Assembly: GCA_963798845.1 (NCBI GenBank)
Contig: CAWCUS010000006.1
Coordinates: 864,001 to 928,000, forward strand
DNA from: an uncultured Gemmatimonadales bacterium
GTDB taxonomy: Bacteria; Gemmatimonadota; Gemmatimonadetes; Longimicrobiales; RSA9
Reading direction: 5' to 3'
Length of the DNA stretch: 64,000 nt
The notes beneath the pieces are model-generated. The model saw nothing but the letters and a program-made list of their open reading frames with translations. It had not been told where the DNA came from and made no database searches. A program made the translations under genes and the position numbers. Positions 59,485 to 64,000 of this stretch are shown here, piece after piece. Position 1 is the stretch's first letter; every line of letters starts with the position of its first letter.

Positions 59485-59937
59485 TCAGGCTCCCGAGGAC
59501 ACCGGGTTCACCACGTCCACCTCGACGTCGATGTGGATGCCCTGGCGAACGCTCGCGCTCACGATGCAGAAGTCCTCGAACACCTGAAGGCAGCGGCCGA
59601 GACGCTCCTGCTGCTCTGGAGGCACCGCCGTGACCAGCCGCGCCGCGATGTTCTCCACGCGCAGTTTGCCCTTCTCGTTGCGCACCAGGCGGCCCGTGAC
59701 CTCCGTGCGCATGCCCGCCACCTCCACCCTCGCCTTCTTCAGGCAGAAGAGCAGGCTGGCGCTCAGGCAGTTCCCCACCGCGGCCGCAAGAACGCGCGAC
59801 GCGTTCGGGCCTTCCCCTTCGCCGAGCGGGGCCGGCTCGTCGAAGAGGAGGTTCGGCATCTTCTCCCCGTCGAACTCGGTGTCGAACCTGAACCCGTCCT
59901 CGAGGCTCAAGGTCAGGGTGAATTCCTTCTCGTCCAT
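59485..59937 (-). CDS. OsmC family protein
   Basis: DEPAPLGEGEGPNA...AVGNCLSASLLFC...FEDFCIVSASV. Confidence 0.85.
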   Translation of the reverse strand: MDEKEFTLTLSLEDGFRFDTEFDGEKMPNLLFDEPAPLGEGEGPNASRVLAAAVGNCLSASLLFCLKKARVEVAGMRTEVTGRLVRNEKGKLRVENIAARLVTAVPPEQQERLGRCLQVFEDFCIVSASVRQGIHIDVEVDVVNPVSSGA

Positions 59938-60018
59938 GGCCGCGCTCCGGATTGGGGGTGGTGTATACGCTGAGCGTAATCGCCGCCGCCCCGCCCCGTC
60001 TGTGGGGGAATCCTTGAT

Positions 60019-60918
60019 TCAGCGGTTCTCGATCTCTTCAAGCTCCTCGAGGGTGCGCGGCCATTCCTCCCCAAGAAGCCGCGACAGCGCCCGGTCGGCG
60101 AGGAGCTTCCCACCGGTCTGGCAGGCCGGGCAGTAGTTCGTCTCGTTGGACGCGTAGCGGATGCGCTGGACGGGGGAGCCGCAGCGCCGGCACGGCTCGC
60201 GATACCTGCCGTGGACCGCCATGGCGGGATGGAATGCCGACACCCGCGACGGGACTTCGCCTCCCGCGTCCGCCAGACGCCGCTCGATCCACTCCATCAG
60301 CTCCGAGCGCGTCGCCTCGTGGAGCGCTCTCATCTCCGCCGGGCTCAGATTGCGCGTGCGCTGCGTCGGGGACAGGCGCGCACGGTGGAGGATCTCGTCC
60401 GAGTGCGCGTTCCCGATCCCGTCCAGGATGCGGGGGTCGGTGAGCGCTCGCTTCAGGGTCCTGTTCTCCCGCGTGAGTGCGGCAGCGAAGTCGTCGAGCG
60501 AGGAGGACAGGGCGTCGATGCCGCCCCGGTCGAAGTCGTGCAGCGCCGCTTCGCCCCGCACCACGTGCAGCGAGGCGCGCTTCTTCGTGGCCGCTTCAAC
60601 CAGCAGGAGGGTGCCCTTCGGGAAGTCGAACGCGGCGTGTCCGACCTTTCCGGGCACTGCCGCCCCGCGCTCTCGCCAGCGAAAGCGGCCCGCGATCATC
60701 AGGTGAATGACCGCGAACAGCTCGTCCTCCAGCACCAGAACGATCCGCTTGCCGATCCGCCGCAGCTCCACCACCGACCGGCCGTCCAGCGACGACAGGG
60801 GCGGGTCGTACGTCCGGAGCAGAGAAGGCGACCGCACCCGCACCCGCTCCAGGCGCTCTCCCACCACACGGGGACGCAGCGTCTCCAGGTACGTCGCGAC
60901 CTCCGGCAGCTCCGGCAT
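60019..60918 (-). CDS. Fpg/Nei-family DNA glycosylase
   Basis: PELPEV N-terminus, H2TH GIGNAHSDE, CRRC...CPAC zinc finger. Confidence 0.88.
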   Translation of the reverse strand: MPELPEVATYLETLRPRVVGERLERVRVRSPSLLRTYDPPLSSLDGRSVVELRRIGKRIVLVLEDELFAVIHLMIAGRFRWRERGAAVPGKVGHAAFDFPKGTLLLVEAATKKRASLHVVRGEAALHDFDRGGIDALSSSLDDFAAALTRENRTLKRALTDPRILDGIGNAHSDEILHRARLSPTQRTRNLSPAEMRALHEATRSELMEWIERRLADAGGEVPSRVSAFHPAMAVHGRYREPCRRCGSPVQRIRYASNETNYCPACQTGGKLLADRALSRLLGEEWPRTLEELEEIENR

Positions 60919-60921
60919 GCC

Positions 60922-61371
60922 TCAGTGGACCGCCCGGGCTCCCTGCCTGCCCATCACGCCTCCCAGCCGCTCCGCGTCCTGCACCACGTCCGACAGCCGC
61001 GTCTCCCGGAAGAACGCCGCCACCCGCGTCGCCGTGTCCCGCCAACGGTGGTGCACCGAGCACGGATTCTGATCGCTGCACTCCTTCCGCCCCAGAAGGC
61101 ACGTCCGCCGGGCCTCGATGTCCTGGAACGGCTCCACCACGTCGAACAGCGACACGGACTCCGTCGGCACCGCCAGCTCGAAACCGCCACGCGGCCCACG
61201 CACCGATCGCAGCACGCCCTCCTTCACCAGCGTATGCAGGATCTTCGACAGGTAGTTCCGCGGCACGTCCAGCGCCTCAGCGATCTCCTCCACCCGCACC
61301 CGCTCCGTCCCCTCGCGCTTGCCCAGGTAGATCATGGCCCTTAGCGCGTATTCTGCCGTGTTGGACAGCAT
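60922..61371 (-). CDS. Rrf2-family transcriptional regulator with Fe-S Cys ligands
   Basis: MLSNTAEYALRA, YLSKIL, RGPRGGF, CLLGRKECSDQNPCSVH; GGAGG RBS. Confidence 0.9.
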   Translation of the reverse strand: MLSNTAEYALRAMIYLGKREGTERVRVEEIAEALDVPRNYLSKILHTLVKEGVLRSVRGPRGGFELAVPTESVSLFDVVEPFQDIEARRTCLLGRKECSDQNPCSVHHRWRDTATRVAAFFRETRLSDVVQDAERLGGVMGRQGARAVH

Positions 61372-61394
61372 CGCCCCTCCCACGCCGGGGGGAT

Positions 61395-61421
61395 TTATCA
61401 TAAACTGGTGTCGTATAATAA
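61395..61421. promoter_or_regulatory. Inverted repeat TTATCATA-N11-TATAATAA (probable Rrf2 operator) containing a perfect TATAAT
   Basis: 7/8 match arms in the 71-bp divergent intergenic region. Confidence 0.6.
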
Positions 61422-61442
61422 CCCACACGCCGATTCCTGACC

Positions 61443-61898
61443 ATGTACACCCTCGTACGGCGATTCATCAAGACCGGCATCGTTTTCCTGGCGCTGGGGC
61501 TCGGGCTGGGGGTTTGGCTCATGGTCCAGCGGGACCTGCTGGGCCACTGGCCGGACCCGCACCTGGTGTCGGCGCACGTGCACGCGGTGCTGGTGGGATT
61601 CGTGATGTTCCTGATCCTGGGGGTGGCGCTATGGCTGTTCCCGCGGGCGCCGACAGGCGACCGTCGATACTCGCCGGGGCGGGCGGCGGCGTCGTACTGG
61701 ATCCTGGTGACCTCGACGTCGGTGCGGCTGGTGACGGAGGCGGCGAGGGCATGGGTGTCGTGGCGGTGGCTGGGTTGGCCGGTGGTGGCGAGCGGTGTGG
61801 GTCAGGTGGTGGGTCTGCTCTTCTACTTCTGGACGATGTGGACGCGGATCCGTCCCGTAGGCAGCCACCTGCGCGAGGCGAAGGGCGAGCGGTTCTGA
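61443..61898 (+). CDS. 4-TM membrane protein resembling a heme-copper-oxidase subunit I repeat
   Basis: SAHVHAVLVGFVMFLILGVALWLFPR. Confidence 0.6.
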   Translation: MYTLVRRFIKTGIVFLALGLGLGVWLMVQRDLLGHWPDPHLVSAHVHAVLVGFVMFLILGVALWLFPRAPTGDRRYSPGRAAASYWILVTSTSVRLVTEAARAWVSWRWLGWPVVASGVGQVVGLLFYFWTMWTRIRPVGSHLREAKGERF

Positions 61899-61947
61899 CC
61901 TGTGCGGGCGTACCCGGCCGTTCTGCTCGGTCCGGCGTGGCGCCCGG

Positions 61948-62418
61948 TCAGCGCGCAGCGCTCCAGGAGCCGGGCATGGCCGGATCGGCGGTGGCGCCTT
62001 CATGGTAGACCCAGGCGCCGAGCGCGGCGGCGAGGGTGAACTCGACGAGGGTCCAGGCGAGGGCGAGGACCGTTCCGCCTGGAGAGCCGGTCGTGAAGCC
62101 CATGGCCGCGTACGAGAAGGTCGGAATCAGGGAGACGAACGCCCAGAAGGTCGCGCCCACGCCGATCGCGGTGGCGGGACCCGGGCCGAAGCGGGGACGG
62201 ACGGCGGCGTAGAGCCCGGTGAGGGCGATTCCCCAGAGGAACGCGACCACGACGAAGAAGGGAATGGCCCACGCAGCCATCTGCGTGTTCGCGGCCTCGA
62301 GGGCGGCGGCCATGTCGTCGGCGGCCACGAAGAGATTGAGGATCGTCTCGCTGACGTTGATCAGCAGGCCCGCAAGGAGGCCGCCGACGATCACTCGCTT
62401 TAGGTTGATGCCGTGCAT
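61948..62418 (-). CDS. Hypothetical 4-TM membrane protein
   Basis: GGAGGG RBS; INLKRVIVGGLLAG...YAAVRPRFGPGPATA...GAWVY. Confidence 0.65.
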   Translation of the reverse strand: MHGINLKRVIVGGLLAGLLINVSETILNLFVAADDMAAALEAANTQMAAWAIPFFVVVAFLWGIALTGLYAAVRPRFGPGPATAIGVGATFWAFVSLIPTFSYAAMGFTTGSPGGTVLALAWTLVEFTLAAALGAWVYHEGATADPAMPGSWSAAR

Positions 62419-62637
62419 GTCTCCCTCCGGGGAGAGGTGGGCCATGGTCGTGGTGCCCGCGCGCGGGTGTCCGGGCGCGGCGGCCTTCCACGGTCTTCAA
62501 AGAAGGGCCGAGCAGGGGCGTCCGTCAACGATCTCCTGCGGGCGGGAACGAGGAAGGGGCGCGGCCAGGCCGCGCCCCTTCCCGCGAGAGCGTATCCATG
62601 TCCGGTCCGCGGGCACGTGCCCGCGGACCGGGCGGGA

Positions 62638-63975
62638 TCAGCCCTGTGCGCCGCTCGTGGCGGGCTCACGGTTGCGGTCGGACATCGGCACGAACGGCCG
62701 CGTGTCGTACCCCGTGTAGATCTGTCGCGGGCGGGAGATCGCCTGCTCGGGATCCATGAGCATCTCCTGCCACTGCGCCAGCCAGCCGACGGTGCGGCCG
62801 ATGGCGAAGAGGACGGGGAACATGTCCACGGGGAAGCCCAGCGCCTTGTAGATGATACCCGAGTAGAAGTCGACGTTCGGGTACAGGTTGCGCTTCACGA
62901 AATACTCGTCTTCCAGCGCGATCTTCTCGAGCTCGACGGCCAGGTCGAGGAGCGGGTCCTTGCCCGTCACCTCGAACACCTTCGGCGCCAGCTCGCGGAG
63001 GATCTTCGCCCGCGGATCGTAGTTCTTGTACACCCGGTGGCCGAAGCCCATGAGGCGGAATTCGCCTTCCTTGGCCCGCTTCACGAACTCGCCGACCCGC
63101 TCCTTCGTCCCGATCTCGTTCAGCATCCGCAGCACCTTCTCGTTGGCTCCGCCGTGCAGGGGGCCGTAGAGCGCCGCGGCCGCAGCCGATACGGCCACGT
63201 ACGGGTCCGCGTGCGAGCTGCCCACCGTCCGCATGGTGGTGGTGCTGCAGTTCTGCTCGTGGTCGATGTGCAGGATGAAGAGGACGTCCAGCACCTTCTC
63301 GAGGACCGGATCCGGCGCGTACTTCGGCTCGGACATCTTGTACAGCATGTTCAAGAAGTTGCCGGCGAAGCTGAGGTCGTTGTCCGGGTACACGTACGGC
63401 TGACCGACGCTGTGCCGGTACGCGAACGCTGCCACGGTCGGCACCTTCGCAATGAGCCGCACGATCTGCTTCTGCCGGACCTCCGGGTCCTGGATGTTCC
63501 GGGCTTCGGGGTAGAACGTCGAAAGCGCCGCCACCGTGCTCACGAACATGCCCATGGGATGGGCGTCGTGGTGGAACCCGTCGATGAACTTCTTCAGGTT
63601 CTCGTGCGTGTACGTGTGGTGCTTGATGTGGTGATTCCAGTCCTCCAGCTGCTCGGCCGTGGGCAGCTCCCCGAACAGCGTCAGGTACGCCGATTCCAGG
63701 AAATTGCTCTTCTCCGCCAGCTCCTCGATGGGGATCCCGCGGTAGCGTAGGATCCCTCGCTCTCCGTCGATGAACGTGATGGAGCTCTTGCACGAGGCCG
63801 TGTTCTTGAACGCCGGGTCGTACGAGAGCAGACCGAAATCCTCGTCGGAGATCTTCAGCTGGCGCAACGGCGCGGCGGGCGCGTTCGATCCGTACTCAGG
63901 GTACGTCCCGTGAGTGACCGGGAGCTCGAGCTGCTTTCCGGTACGATTGTCTACGACGGTGAGCGTATCCGGCAT
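62638..63975 (-). CDS. gltA: Citrate synthase
   Basis: LRYRG, DHEQNCST, GPLHGGAN, GFGHRVYKNYDPR, YPNVDFYSG. Confidence 0.95.
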   Translation of the reverse strand: MPDTLTVVDNRTGKQLELPVTHGTYPEYGSNAPAAPLRQLKISDEDFGLLSYDPAFKNTASCKSSITFIDGERGILRYRGIPIEELAEKSNFLESAYLTLFGELPTAEQLEDWNHHIKHHTYTHENLKKFIDGFHHDAHPMGMFVSTVAALSTFYPEARNIQDPEVRQKQIVRLIAKVPTVAAFAYRHSVGQPYVYPDNDLSFAGNFLNMLYKMSEPKYAPDPVLEKVLDVLFILHIDHEQNCSTTTMRTVGSSHADPYVAVSAAAAALYGPLHGGANEKVLRMLNEIGTKERVGEFVKRAKEGEFRLMGFGHRVYKNYDPRAKILRELAPKVFEVTGKDPLLDLAVELEKIALEDEYFVKRNLYPNVDFYSGIIYKALGFPVDMFPVLFAIGRTVGWLAQWQEMLMDPEQAISRPRQIYTGYDTRPFVPMSDRNREPATSGAQG

Positions 63976-64000
63976 GTTGTTGGCCTCCTCGGGAAGGTGC

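Overview
High-GC bacterial chromosomal window, densely coding, with no rRNA, tRNA, CRISPR, integrase or transposase that I can recognise. The gene inventory (DUF5916-like and DUF5686-like outer-membrane proteins, FadL, many signal-peptide hydrolases) points to a diderm host, possibly Gemmatimonadota; that is inference only. The main feature is a ~12.5 kb minus-strand operon (10548-23012) for a group 1h-type high-affinity [NiFe]-hydrogenase, in the order hypC, hypC-like, hypD, hypE, hypA, hhyS, hhyL, hhyE-like, accessory genes, maturation protease, hypB and a double-SIS protein. It has several unusual traits: no hypF, a cysteine-free truncated HhyE, an accessory domain moved onto the protease, and a leader of four ~50-bp-spaced hairpins. 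It lies downstream of a co-oriented cydAB. Other content includes a frameshifted CpsB-like PHP phosphatase, a 71-aa collapsed M1-peptidase minigene coupled to a PafA-like phosphatase, glnA, rocD, a redox/sulfur cluster (cytochrome c peroxidase, TM-LuxR, ArsR, DUF442, OsmC), a metal ABC transporter, nadE, DPP-IV, a membrane-anchored DtxR-FeoA-FeoA regulator with its operator before feoB, two related REP-like hairpin tandem arrays, ppa, an Fpg/Nei glycosylase, an Rrf2 regulator and gltA. All family calls come from motif recognition by eye; no searches were run.
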